Assembly (NCBI RefSeq): GCF_002087085.1
Contig: NZ_MWQY01000001.1
Coordinates: 248,001-312,000 of the forward strand
Direction of reading: 5' to 3'
Length of the DNA: 64,000 bases
Under the pieces are notes generated by a model. That model had not been told where the DNA came from. It saw only the letters and a list, made by a program, of their open reading frames with translations, and ran no database searches. A program made the translations under genes and the position numbers. Shown one piece after another: positions 9,873-20,182 of the stretch. Each line of letters opens with the position of its first letter. The first letter of the stretch is position 1.

Positions 9873-9909
9873 TGTTGTATGGTACTCCTTTTTCTTCCGG
9901 TACGGAATA

Positions 9910-9951
9910 CGGCCTGTGGCCCCCCCGCCTAAGGGGGGAACTCACAGGCCG
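9910..9951. other. Intra-operon GC-rich hairpin after cstA (mRNA stabiliser or partial terminator)
   Basis: CGGCCTGTG..CCCCCC / GGGGGG..CACAGGCCG inverted repeat with no U-tract. Confidence 0.55.
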
Positions 9952-9978
9952 CAATCATGGTAAAGTCCGTTTGCCGGC

Positions 9979-11661
9979 TCAGGCGCCGGTCTTTTCCTTG
10001 AAGTTCCTGAAGAACGAGACGATCATGGTGATATTCATGATCAGCATGATCAGGGTAATAAGCCCGACGGTGGTGCCGGTTACCATGCTCTTGACAGTAG
10101 CGCCGGTGGCGAAGTGGCCGGGTATTATAACCAGCTCATACCAGATAAGACCTGCCGTTACGGTTACCCAGAGAAGGATCGCCGGAATCAGCACGATATT
10201 GGTGTATTTTGCGCTCAGCTGCTTGTGTACCCACATGGCGACGGTAAGCATGACAACGGAAGCGATCAGCTGGTTGGCGCCGGAGAAGGCGGGCCACAGA
10301 ACGGTGTAGTTTCCTGTCCATGCAAGTCCGATACCCAGGACAGCGACCACCATGGAGCCGAACCACTTGTTCTGGAAAAGGTTGTAGGCACCGGTGTTCT
10401 TTTCCTTAAGGGGCAGGGCCAGTTCGCCGAGGATATACCGTCCCAGACGGTTTGTGGTGTCAAGGGTAGTCAGGGCGAAGGAGCTTACCCAGATGGAGGC
10501 AAAAAGCTTCATGAAATCCGCGGTAAAGACCGGCATTGCAGAGGCAACCATGGCACCGTAGCTGGAGGTAAAGCGGGGCAGTGCACCGGTGGTCAGTACG
10601 TTTCCTGCTCCCAGGGCCTGGATGCCGAAGGCTGCAATGGAAATTACAACGATGGTGGAAAGGAAACCTTCAGTCAGCATGGCACCGTAACCGACGAAGA
10701 GACTGTCTTTCTCTTCCCGGAGCTGCTTGCTGCTGGTTCCCGAGGCAACCAGGGCGTGGAACCCCGACAGGGCCCCGCAGGCGATTACCAGGGGTACCGT
10801 GGGCCAGAAGGGAGAGGGTTTTCCGCCGATGACCTTTGCGCTGAATTCTGTAAAGAGGGGAACGGAATCGAAGTTCTTTACCGCGATAACTGCGGCGACT
10901 CCCCCTGCGAGCAGTCCGAAATAGAGCAGGAAGCTGTTCAGGTAGTCCCGGGGCTGCAGCAGGATATTAACCGGCAGCGCGGCTGCAATGAAGATGTAAA
11001 CCAGAATTACCAGGAACCAGGTGTCCTTGCTGGCGGGGATCCCTACATTGCGTCCGATCATGAAGGCGGCAACCAGCAGAACAAGGCCGATAATCGTGCT
11101 GACGGAAAAGGGAAGTTTTGTCCGGTACAGCAGTATTCCCAGAACGATCGCTGCGGCACAGAAAAGGAAGAAGGTGGAGGCAACAGCTCCGTCTCCTGCA
11201 AACTGCCCTGCAACGATGTCTCCGAAGGCTGCAACGATCAGGATGCAGAGGAAGAGGATGAACCAGCCGAAGGATTTGCCGGCTTTTTTGCCGATCAGGT
11301 CCTGGGCCACAAACTGGACAGACCGCCCGTCATAGCGTACAGACGCGGTCAGGGCGAGATAGTCATGGATGGCCCCGATAAAGATATTACCGAACCAGAT
11401 CCACAGAAGACCCGGCAGCCATCCCCAGGCAACGGCCAGGGCCGGTCCGACGATGGGGCCCGCTCCGGCGATCGAGGCGAAGTGGTGACCGAAGAGCACG
11501 AATTTGCTCGTCGGAATGTAATCCACTCCGTCGGAAAGACGCTTCGATGGTGCGTCCGCCGCCTCGTGCGATTTTATCAGGTTCAGCTGCAGTTTTTTTC
11601 CGTAGACGAAGTAGAAGACCAGATAAATCGCCAGTGCAACAAGAATAATTAATGTTGACAT
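9979..11661 (-). CDS. cstA: Carbon starvation protein CstA family transporter
   Basis: DGVDY-x-P, FGHHFASIAGAGPIVGP, IACGALSGFH, GYGAMLTEG, TTLDT, WPAFSGANQL. Confidence 0.95.
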   Translation of the reverse strand: MSTLIILVALAIYLVFYFVYGKKLQLNLIKSHEAADAPSKRLSDGVDYIPTSKFVLFGHHFASIAGAGPIVGPALAVAWGWLPGLLWIWFGNIFIGAIHDYLALTASVRYDGRSVQFVAQDLIGKKAGKSFGWFILFLCILIVAAFGDIVAGQFAGDGAVASTFFLFCAAAIVLGILLYRTKLPFSVSTIIGLVLLVAAFMIGRNVGIPASKDTWFLVILVYIFIAAALPVNILLQPRDYLNSFLLYFGLLAGGVAAVIAVKNFDSVPLFTEFSAKVIGGKPSPFWPTVPLVIACGALSGFHALVASGTSSKQLREEKDSLFVGYGAMLTEGFLSTIVVISIAAFGIQALGAGNVLTTGALPRFTSSYGAMVASAMPVFTADFMKLFASIWVSSFALTTLDTTNRLGRYILGELALPLKEKNTGAYNLFQNKWFGSMVVAVLGIGLAWTGNYTVLWPAFSGANQLIASVVMLTVAMWVHKQLSAKYTNIVLIPAILLWVTVTAGLIWYELVIIPGHFATGATVKSMVTGTTVGLITLIMLIMNITMIVSFFRNFKEKTGA

Positions 11662-11825
11662 AGCTCCTCCTTGAAGGTGTTTTTGTTAAATCTGTCTTTA
11701 TCCTACGCCCGTTTCGCCGACTGCGCAAATATTTTTTTGCGTATAGTTCTCATTTTTATCCCTGGACCTGCAAAATTTAATTAATACTGTATAAACTAAT
11801 TGCAGGTCATGCATGAGGCTGCCCC

Positions 11826-12680
11826 TCAGTCTTCAACCGCCAGCACCGAGAGCACCCTGGGGGCGTCCCGGGATTCCGCGGCATAAAGCCTGTACTTCGC
11901 ATCATTACCGAAGCGGAAGGACCCCTCGGCCATGATAAAGCGCCATCCCTCCTGATTGATACTCCTGCTATCCGAAACGACCGCATCGGCAAGGGTCCCG
12001 TCGGAATAGAGCTCGAGGTCGACGGAGGATTCACTGCGGGTCATATCGAAGACAAATAAATACATATCCTTCATGCCGTTTTCAGCCTTAAGCTCCCCCG
12101 CCTCGCTGGCGTTGGCGGCAACCAGAGGAAGCAGCTCCTCGAAATTCGCGTCTTCCAGGTACGACAGGGCGGGAAGCTGGTCCTTCTCTACGAAAAAGAA
12201 GCGGATTCTGTCGAAATTACCGTAGACGGGAGCCGCAGCGGAGGAAAGTATGAGGATACCCTCATCCTGCAGCAGGTATTCCGCGGCCCAGGACCAGTAC
12301 ATCTCCCGGCCCAGGGGATCCGCGAGGCGCAGCAGACCCGAGGTTTTCCGGAACAGGGGATCATCCCCCAGGGGCGTATCCTCTTCTATGGCCACATTAC
12401 CGAGGCCGAATCCCCGGATGTCCGTTTCTCCTTCGATTAACAGGGGCTTGTCGAACAGGACGGTCCCGTCAAGGGGGGCTTCCGGATTCCTGAGGCTTCC
12501 GTAGACGGCGGTAACCACGGCGGCCAGATCGGGACGGGCGTCTGCCAGGCGCAGGGGGACCTCTGCGGGCGCTTGTACCGCGGAAGTCGAGGTGCCGGGA
12601 GCGCTGCCGCTTGTGGCGCAGGAAAAGAGCAGGCTGAGGGCAAGCAGGACGGCAAAGGGGGTAGAGAGTATTCGAATCAT
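11826..12680 (-). CDS. Hypothetical lipoprotein
   Basis: Lipobox LLFSC; Ser/Thr/Ala linker; overlaps the upstream gene. Confidence 0.75.
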   Translation of the reverse strand: MIRILSTPFAVLLALSLLFSCATSGSAPGTSTSAVQAPAEVPLRLADARPDLAAVVTAVYGSLRNPEAPLDGTVLFDKPLLIEGETDIRGFGLGNVAIEEDTPLGDDPLFRKTSGLLRLADPLGREMYWSWAAEYLLQDEGILILSSAAAPVYGNFDRIRFFFVEKDQLPALSYLEDANFEELLPLVAANASEAGELKAENGMKDMYLFVFDMTRSESSVDLELYSDGTLADAVVSDSRSINQEGWRFIMAEGSFRFGNDAKYRLYAAESRDAPRVLSVLAVED

Positions 12681-14329
12681 TGTTTTCCTCCGGCAATACG
12701 GCTGGCGTTCCCGGGCAGTTCCGTGGTTTCCGGACGCTCCCCGAGAAAGGAGTTCGTCACAACCTGATAGTTCAGCCCGGTGTATTTTTCCATTATCTCT
12801 TCAGAGTAGGCGGCCCCTTTACCGGTAAGAATTCCCGCCGCTTTCTTCCCCGGCTCAAGGCTCCGTCCCATGCGGCTGCCGTAGACGCGGGCGGCGGCAT
12901 AGCGGGCAAAGTCGTCTCCGTAGCCTCTGGCCGCGGCTTTGCTGCTCATCTCCGCAGCCTCCCGGGCCGCAACCCTGCTGATAACCGCAGTACCCAGGGC
13001 ATCACCGGCTTTGCCGCCGACGATATCCAGTACCGAAGCCTTGGTTCCGGCGTAGAGGGACTGTACGGGGTCTCCGCTGCCGTGGAGGTATTCAGCCGAG
13101 GCGGCGCCGACAAACCTGGCACCCTTTTCGACCCCCTCCATGGTAGCCAGGGCCACCGATCCGGCGGCCAGTACGCTGGCAGTCGCGGGATTACTGTACC
13201 CGACAACCAGAAGCAGGGCTTTGGTTGCGTCGGGAACGATCTCCGCCACATCGATGACCGTTTCGGTGTATTCTCCCGCAAAGTTGTAGAACTCGTCATC
13301 GATTTTGTTCTGTCGGGCCTGCTGATCCTCCCGGAGCCGGTAGCGATAGCGCATCTCCTCCACGAGTTCTTCCCGGGCGGAGGCCTCGATGTTGCTGCGT
13401 TTGACATAACTGTTCAGTTTGGACAGGAGTTCCGCCTGCCGGTCGGTGTTGCTGTCCATGTAGGCCCGGTCGATGGAGAGAAAATAGTGAACCAGTCCCC
13501 GTTCCTCTCTGGAGAGCTCATCCTTCAGGCTTTCGTAAAACTCCCAGCTGGTGGATGCGGCAATTACCAGGTCCATATCGATTTTGACGGGAGGCGGTCC
13601 GCCGTATTCCAGGACCGCGCCGTGAATAAAGGGCAGGGATCTGGAAACCAGTTCCGACATGATCAGGACCATATTCTCCGCCACGGGGCCGCTGTTCACG
13701 GCGACGAAGGATTTCTCGCCCTTGTATCTGTCCAGGGAAAAAACCTCCGAAGCGATCTGCTTCCCGTCCATGTACAGGTCGACCGTAAGATCAAGGTCCA
13801 CCCGGATGGTCTGGAGGACTATATCCGCCATGACAAATTTGTACTCGAAGCCCGAGAGGGAGGGAACTACCGCGAAGCCCCGCTGCGGAACAGCCCCGGA
13901 ATAGACTATCTGTACGGGACCCACATAGCGTTCCAGGTGGGCCTTCAGGGTCCCGGTGAGTCCCCGGCCCAGAAAGAATGCATAGGTCCGAAGGGATGCC
14001 CCAAGACCCCGCGGCCCGGAGGTATCCACGTATTCCGCCTGCTCCGGGGTCATGACCAGGCTGATCTGTGTTCCCGCTGCTTTGAGGGAGAGGGGGCGGA
14101 CGTGGATGCTATCGAAGGGGGATACTACCTTCCATCCGCCGTCCAGGGCACCCGCGGGAACGCTGTTGCGCAGCAGCCCCTGGGCTGCGGCAATCTCCTG
14201 TGAGTCTGCCCCCCTGGCTGTGCCGATGGTTTCTATCTTCTGGTCCAGTACCTCCCCGGTGGTCTGACCTGTCAGGGGCAGAACCAGAAATGCAAGTACC
14301 AGAACCGGGATGACTGATTTGTGCATCAT
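12677..14329 (-). CDS. Exported hypothetical protein (about 550 aa)
   Basis: SD GGAGG before MMHKSVIPVLVLAFLVLPLTG signal peptide; long ORF. Confidence 0.75.
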   Translation of the reverse strand: MMHKSVIPVLVLAFLVLPLTGQTTGEVLDQKIETIGTARGADSQEIAAAQGLLRNSVPAGALDGGWKVVSPFDSIHVRPLSLKAAGTQISLVMTPEQAEYVDTSGPRGLGASLRTYAFFLGRGLTGTLKAHLERYVGPVQIVYSGAVPQRGFAVVPSLSGFEYKFVMADIVLQTIRVDLDLTVDLYMDGKQIASEVFSLDRYKGEKSFVAVNSGPVAENMVLIMSELVSRSLPFIHGAVLEYGGPPPVKIDMDLVIAASTSWEFYESLKDELSREERGLVHYFLSIDRAYMDSNTDRQAELLSKLNSYVKRSNIEASAREELVEEMRYRYRLREDQQARQNKIDDEFYNFAGEYTETVIDVAEIVPDATKALLLVVGYSNPATASVLAAGSVALATMEGVEKGARFVGAASAEYLHGSGDPVQSLYAGTKASVLDIVGGKAGDALGTAVISRVAAREAAEMSSKAAARGYGDDFARYAAARVYGSRMGRSLEPGKKAAGILTGKGAAYSEEIMEKYTGLNYQVVTNSFLGERPETTELPGNASRIAGGKQ

Positions 14330-14501
14330 ATATACGCCTCCGAATGTTTTTTTGGTAAATTCCGGGCTTCGTACCATCCTAAGGAAGATGCAGGCAAAAT
14401 CAAGGAACAGAAACCTTACGGTTTCATTACAAAAAGGTTACAAACTCTCCTTGTTCCCCGTCTGTGCCTGTGATAGTCTGGAAAAACCGGATTTTTACAC
14501 C

Positions 14502-16664
14502 ATGAAAAAAATGCAGACACCGGAAGCCGCTGATCATTCCATTTCCGAAGAATCCCCCGATGCTTTTTGTCCTGTAACAGGACTGCCCGTTACCTTTATG
14601 AAAGACTGGGTGTACGAAACCGGCGATGGCCACTACCGGGGAGAGATCCGCATGGTGGGCCGCAATATCGGTATATACAAATCCATCGGACGTCCCCGGG
14701 AGGAGGATGCCGACGGAACGACCCGGCTGGTGCGGCAGTTTCTGGATGTCTTTCTCGACCCCCGGGAGGATTTTTACGCCCTTTTTGACTATTCCGAGCT
14801 GATTCCTCCCCCCATCCGCAATCGAAACGAGGTGCTAAGCAATCTGCGGGAATTACTGCCCCGGCTCAGGCTGGTGGTTTTCTACGGCATGAGAGGCCCC
14901 ATGCGGGGAATTGTACGCCTGGCTGTGGCAATCTCCGGACTATCCGAGAAGATCTTCATATGCCGGGACTATGAATCGGCCCTGAAGGTCGTCCGGGTAG
15001 ATATGGAACGCCGGGGAATTCGCAATCCCTGGGTGCCCGGGAGTCCAGGGCGTCTGGACGAACTGCTTGAACTGATGGGCGAGATCGTCTGGAACCGGAA
15101 CTACGGCGTCCATATCCCCCGCATCGACGATGGGGACCCCCTGGCGGAGCTCTTCGGTGCGGTAAACGCCATGAGGGGCGACCTGCAGGAACTGTCCCGG
15201 GAGAACAGCAAGAAGCAGCAGCGCCTGGAGCACGCCAATAAAATCAAGGACGATTTTATCGATACCATGTCCCACGAGGTACGTACCCCCTTGAACGGTA
15301 TTCTGGGGGCTCTTCAGATGCTGGAAAACTGCGAAGAGAGGGAACGAAAACGCTACCTGGGTATCCTGAAAGATTCGGCCCGGGACCTCCTTTCGATGGT
15401 CAATGATCTTCTGGATGTCTCCAGACTGGAACGGGGACGAATACCCATCAATCCTGAATCCGTCGATCTGGCAGATCTCGCGGAGCGTTCGGCGGAGGCA
15501 GTTATGCCCCGCTGCAGTCTGAAGGGACTTGCTCTGGATGTGGAGATCGATCCCGCTCTGCCCCGGTCCGTTGCGGCCGATCCGCTGCGCCTCAGGCAGG
15601 TTTTCGACAACCTGCTGGCCAACGCCGTCGGCTATACCGCAGAGGGAGGGATTGTTTTTTCTCTCAACCTTGTCTCCCCGGGGGATTCCTCTGTCCGGGT
15701 TCGTTTTATGGTCCGGGATACGGGAATCGGGATACCTGCGGATCAACACGAGCGGATATTCCAGCGCTTCGAGCGGGTGGAGGAGTCCCGTTCCGGAACA
15801 GGCTCCGGCAGCGGACTGGGGCTTGCCATAAGCCGGGAGATCGTACGCCTCATGGGGGGAGATATCTTCCTGGAAAGCGAGCCTGGAATCGGGAGTATCT
15901 TCGGCTTCGATCTGGATTTTCCCCTTCTCGATACAGCGCCTGCAGAGGCATCCGGAGATTCCGGAAAGAAAAGCTTTCCCCTGAAGGTCCTGGTGACCGA
16001 TGACAACGAGACCAACCGGATTATTCTCTCCGCCATGCTCAAAGAGCTCGGCTGCACCGTGACCCTGGCCTCCTCCGGGGAGGAAGCCCTGACTCTTCTT
16101 GAGAGCGAGGTGTTCGACGCCCTGTTTCTGGACTGCCGAATGCCCGGCCTTGACGGCCTCGAGACGACGAGGAGGATACGGTCCCGGAACCACGGGGGCG
16201 GGGATATCCCTGTTATAGCCGCAACCGCCTGCGCCTCTGAGACCCGACGGGGAGAGATCCTTGAGGCCGGAATGGACGCCATCCTGGAAAAACCGCTAAG
16301 GATGGGGGAGCTGAAAAGCATTCTCGAAAGCTTTTTCGAGGCTCAGGATTTCGGGGCAGCGACTTCTTCGGAAGAGAGCTTTGATATTTCGGAGATTATT
16401 CAGCGCCGGGGAGGGGAGATACTGCAGGAGGACATCCCCGCCCTTAACAGGGCCTGCGGCGAAGGCCGGAGCGCCGAAGCCGCTGACCTGGCCCACAAAC
16501 TCGCCGGCTTCTGTTCCGATGCGGGTGCCTGTGAGGCCGCTGATCTGGCCCGGGAAATTGAAACAGCCGGGGAGGGCGGAAACCCGGTATCCCTGGTGGT
16601 GCTGGCAGACCGTTTTTCCCGGGAGTTTTTTCGCTGGTTTCACGAAAATACGGAGGGAGACTAG
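14502..16664 (+). CDS. Hybrid sensor histidine kinase (soluble N-terminal domain, HisKA, HATPase, REC, Hpt-like)
   Basis: MSHEVRTP H-box, NLLANA, DTGIG, GSGLGL, receiver DCRMP, C-terminal AHKLAG; start ATG 14502 inferred. Confidence 0.93.
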   Translation: MKKMQTPEAADHSISEESPDAFCPVTGLPVTFMKDWVYETGDGHYRGEIRMVGRNIGIYKSIGRPREEDADGTTRLVRQFLDVFLDPREDFYALFDYSELIPPPIRNRNEVLSNLRELLPRLRLVVFYGMRGPMRGIVRLAVAISGLSEKIFICRDYESALKVVRVDMERRGIRNPWVPGSPGRLDELLELMGEIVWNRNYGVHIPRIDDGDPLAELFGAVNAMRGDLQELSRENSKKQQRLEHANKIKDDFIDTMSHEVRTPLNGILGALQMLENCEERERKRYLGILKDSARDLLSMVNDLLDVSRLERGRIPINPESVDLADLAERSAEAVMPRCSLKGLALDVEIDPALPRSVAADPLRLRQVFDNLLANAVGYTAEGGIVFSLNLVSPGDSSVRVRFMVRDTGIGIPADQHERIFQRFERVEESRSGTGSGSGLGLAISREIVRLMGGDIFLESEPGIGSIFGFDLDFPLLDTAPAEASGDSGKKSFPLKVLVTDDNETNRIILSAMLKELGCTVTLASSGEEALTLLESEVFDALFLDCRMPGLDGLETTRRIRSRNHGGGDIPVIAATACASETRRGEILEAGMDAILEKPLRMGELKSILESFFEAQDFGAATSSEESFDISEIIQRRGGEILQEDIPALNRACGEGRSAEAADLAHKLAGFCSDAGACEAADLAREIETAGEGGNPVSLVVLADRFSREFFRWFHENTEGD

Positions 16665-17350
16665 TGTACGGTTTTTGTCTGATTGTCGAGGACGAGGATT
16701 CCACAGCCCTCAGAATAAAGGATGCCCTCTCCCGGTCCGGGCTGGACTTTGCGGTCTCCCGGGTTTCCGAAGGTTCCCGGGCTCTGGAGATCCTGCAGAC
16801 CCGGCCGCCCAAGCTGGTTCTGCTCGACCTGATCCTGCCGGACATGGACGGGTATCAGGTGGGGCGAAAATGCATGGAGGAGGGGATCCCTTTTCTGATT
16901 ATCAGTTCCCGAACGCTGCCCATGGAGGTGGCCCTGGGGCTCAATATCGGCGCCGAGGATTATGTGGGAAAACCCTTCGATACCCTGGAGCTTGCGGCCC
17001 GTATCCGTCGGGTGTTCCGCCGTATCGAACCCTCCGCGGAACAGAACCTTCCCCGGGTCAGAATCGATTCTTCCCGGCGTTCGGTTTTTGTGGAGGGCAG
17101 GGAGGTGGAACTTACCCCGAAGGAACTGAAAATCCTCGGCCTGCTTGCGGACCGCCGGGGTGCCTATGTATCCTCTGAAGAGCTTGCCCGCCGGCTGGAC
17201 TACAGGGAGGCAGGCTCTGAAGCCCTCCAGGCAGTCCGCGTAAATATCCGTCGGCTCCGGGCAAAACTGGAACCCGATCCCTCCCGGCCCAGGTATATCC
17301 TGAACAGGTGGGGCGCAGGCTACGCTCTGGCCGGCAGCCGGCAGTCCTGA
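16664..17350 (+). CDS. OmpR-family response regulator
   Basis: VEDE, LLDLILP, KPF, winged helix (LTPKE...IRRLRAKLE...WGAGY). Confidence 0.93.
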   Translation: MYGFCLIVEDEDSTALRIKDALSRSGLDFAVSRVSEGSRALEILQTRPPKLVLLDLILPDMDGYQVGRKCMEEGIPFLIISSRTLPMEVALGLNIGAEDYVGKPFDTLELAARIRRVFRRIEPSAEQNLPRVRIDSSRRSVFVEGREVELTPKELKILGLLADRRGAYVSSEELARRLDYREAGSEALQAVRVNIRRLRAKLEPDPSRPRYILNRWGAGYALAGSRQS

Positions 17351-17359
17351 AGCTGGTGC

Positions 17360-20080
17360 TTATTTCAGCGTCAGATTGAATACACCGTCCCAGTTTTCCG
17401 CCGGAGGGGTGCTGACAAATTTTCTGCACCGTTCAATATAGAAACCAGAGGGTCCGTCCTCGGGCAGCAGCTTGGTAGCCGCCCTGAAGAGCTTTTCCGC
17501 CTCCTCCCATTCCCGCTCCTCGAAGAGTTCCAGGGCAGCGTGGAAGGTATCCAGCCCCTCCCGGGTGTTGGAGTCCAGATGTTCTGTCTCGTCGATAAGC
17601 TCATACAGGCGCACCGGCTGATGAATCCCCACAACCCGGACGCGGTCGAGCTGGCGGGCTGCGAAGGAGTCTCCCGCCGCCTCCCTGGTCTGTTCACTCA
17701 TCAGAATCCAGGTTCCGTACTGCTTGTTTACCCCCTCGAGGCGGGCGGCAAGGTTAACGGAGTTGCCCATGATGGTATAGTCCATCTTCTGCAGGGTACC
17801 CATGTTCCCGACGACCATCTCTCCGGTGTTTATCCCCACCCGGGTCAGCAGAGGCGAGGGGGACATACCGTCCTCCATGAAGCGCTGGTTAAGCTCCCGT
17901 TCCATCCTCTTCATGCGAACCGCGGAAAGACAGGCCCGGTAGGAATGGTCGAACTGTTCGATGGGGGCTCCGAAGAAGGCGATAATCGCATCGCCCTCGT
18001 ACTTGTCGATGGTCCCTTTGAGGTCCAGGATGGTATCGCTCATGGTCGTCAGGTACTGGTTCAGGAGTTTGACCAGATCCGTCGGATCAAGCTGTTCCGA
18101 TATGGTGGAAAACCCCTTGATGTCGGTAAAAACCGCCGTGAGCTCCTTTTTTTCGCCCCCCAGGTTCAGACGGTCCGGGTTGTCGATTATCTGCTTGATG
18201 ACATCCGCCGACAGGTAGCGGGAAAAGGCGTTCCGTAAAAAGCTTTTTTCTCCCTCGGTCTTGAGGAATTTGATACCCGAGATTGTAAGAAAGCTCAGGG
18301 AGAGCATGATCAGGGGACCCAGCATGGGCAGGTACACCCCGCTGAAGAGAAAAAGCAGGAGGCCTCCCCCAAGGGTCCCGAGAATGAATACCAGGCTCAC
18401 GATTATCGACTGCAGGGGCGAGAGGGTCCGGATAACCATGGAGAGTATGAGGGTCAGCAGTACCGCCGCGAGGAGAGACCAGCCGGTATGAAGCTCGTCC
18501 AGGAACTCCCCCTGCAGGATGGTATTGGCGACCGCTGCATGGGTTCCCACATTCATATACTCCTTCTCGAAGGGATTGACCCCGATATCCGTAGTGGATA
18601 TTCCCGTGTGTCCGATAATGACGAAGGATCCTGCGAGTTCCGTCTGCAGTTCCTCGCGAAGGGCCGTCAGCTCCCTGACATCCGCCCCGAGGGCTTCGAA
18701 GGAGGCGCTGACCTCTTTGCGGACAGCGGTATACTCATCCCGCAGCTCATCCTCCAGATCCGGGGAGGCCAGAATGCGGTCGATCTCCTCCAGGATAAGG
18801 GCCTCGGTCTCTCCTCCCGTAAAATCGGCGCAGGTCGCAAACAGGAGAGCCCGGAGTTCCCGGTATTTGGCTGCCTGAGCTTCGTCCGGAGAAGCGCTGC
18901 CGCCGGCGGAGAGGAGTTCCTCCTTCAGCTGCTGAGTATAATAAAGCAGGTCAGCCAGGGGGGCTTCACTCCGGTGAAAATCAAGGTAGCCCGCCTGCTC
19001 CATGATCTGCAGATTCCTGACTATCTGGCTTTCGATCCTGTCATGGACAACCAGTTTGTTGTAGGAGAGGTGCCGGAAACTGTCGTTGAACTTTTTCGGC
19101 GGCCAGTTGATCAGCATTCTGCCGTCCCTGTCCAGGGGGATCGTGATTGACTGTTCCGGGGCTTCGAGAACAATCCGGCCCTTCTGGAGCCGGATTGTCG
19201 TGATACCGAGGCTGGATACCAGGGGACTGAAAACAAGCTGCCCGAACCAGCTGTCCTGGTAGAGGGCCACAAGATCGATTCTGCGCCGTACTCCGTCCTC
19301 GTCCACAACCACGTTTGGAAAACCCGCCCCCGCGGCCCGGGATATAACAGGATAGATTGTCGGCTGAATGGCCATGGCTGAATAGGGATGCCGGTAGTCT
19401 TCCCGCACCGCAAGATTCTTCAGGCTGATCTCCTCTTTCACGTAGGATTTCAGCTCGTCTCCCACTTTGACCAGTTCCACCTCGTCGGGAAGCATGTTTA
19501 CCGTTGCCCAGGCATTGCCGAAAAGACTAAAGGCCCTGCCCAGATATTCGTCGTTGTCCCTGGCCACATGCCGGACCGACTGGAGCAGTTCGTCCCGGAC
19601 AGTGGAACTGATGTCCGTCAGGTCGTAGATGTACTCTTCCGCTTCTTCAAGGGGTATGTAGCCCTGCAGAATGGCTTCGAAGAGGGCGTTTATGTTTTCG
19701 TTCAGTTCGCCGAACTCCTCACGGAATCGCCGGGGAATCTCCTGCTCCAGATAGCGGGAGTCAACTCCCCTGGGGCTGGGGTCCACGTATTCGATATCGA
19801 ATACCACGGTATCCGTCTCGAACTCCTTCAGCAGTATGAGCCCGTCGGCGATGACGCTGCGGCTCCAGGGCCAGGTTCCCACCTGGGCAATGGCCAGATC
19901 GTCGATGTCGAGCAGAAGCAGTGATGACTCCTCCTTTACCGCCGGTTTTATATGCAGAAAGGTGTCGTAAATCCGGCGGTCCGCACCGCGCAGGCCGGGA
20001 AAAAGAAAGAGGGAACAGGTTATGACCGCAATAACAAGGGGGGTCAGATAATAGTTTCGGAACTCGAACTTTCTGGACAT
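17360..20080 (-). CDS. CHASE2-domain class III adenylate/guanylate cyclase with C-terminal TPR-like region
   Basis: WPWSR, DxDGVRRR CHASE2 motifs; FTDIKGFST, DKYEGD, VNLAARLEG; K and D specificity residues suggest ATP. Confidence 0.93.
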   Translation of the reverse strand: MSRKFEFRNYYLTPLVIAVITCSLFLFPGLRGADRRIYDTFLHIKPAVKEESSLLLLDIDDLAIAQVGTWPWSRSVIADGLILLKEFETDTVVFDIEYVDPSPRGVDSRYLEQEIPRRFREEFGELNENINALFEAILQGYIPLEEAEEYIYDLTDISSTVRDELLQSVRHVARDNDEYLGRAFSLFGNAWATVNMLPDEVELVKVGDELKSYVKEEISLKNLAVREDYRHPYSAMAIQPTIYPVISRAAGAGFPNVVVDEDGVRRRIDLVALYQDSWFGQLVFSPLVSSLGITTIRLQKGRIVLEAPEQSITIPLDRDGRMLINWPPKKFNDSFRHLSYNKLVVHDRIESQIVRNLQIMEQAGYLDFHRSEAPLADLLYYTQQLKEELLSAGGSASPDEAQAAKYRELRALLFATCADFTGGETEALILEEIDRILASPDLEDELRDEYTAVRKEVSASFEALGADVRELTALREELQTELAGSFVIIGHTGISTTDIGVNPFEKEYMNVGTHAAVANTILQGEFLDELHTGWSLLAAVLLTLILSMVIRTLSPLQSIIVSLVFILGTLGGGLLLFLFSGVYLPMLGPLIMLSLSFLTISGIKFLKTEGEKSFLRNAFSRYLSADVIKQIIDNPDRLNLGGEKKELTAVFTDIKGFSTISEQLDPTDLVKLLNQYLTTMSDTILDLKGTIDKYEGDAIIAFFGAPIEQFDHSYRACLSAVRMKRMERELNQRFMEDGMSPSPLLTRVGINTGEMVVGNMGTLQKMDYTIMGNSVNLAARLEGVNKQYGTWILMSEQTREAAGDSFAARQLDRVRVVGIHQPVRLYELIDETEHLDSNTREGLDTFHAALELFEEREWEEAEKLFRAATKLLPEDGPSGFYIERCRKFVSTPPAENWDGVFNLTLK

Positions 20081-20182
20081 TTTTTCCTCCGTTTATTCCG
20101 GGGGGACTCTTGCACACAGGAAAATATAAAATTATAGTTTCCTTGTCAGTTCATAGAATGTATTATACCAAAAGAGGAAAGT

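Noticed and set aside
11662..11825. LytTR-type direct repeats upstream of cstA
   Set aside because: Only weak partial repeats without consistent spacing, and no LytTR gene in the window.
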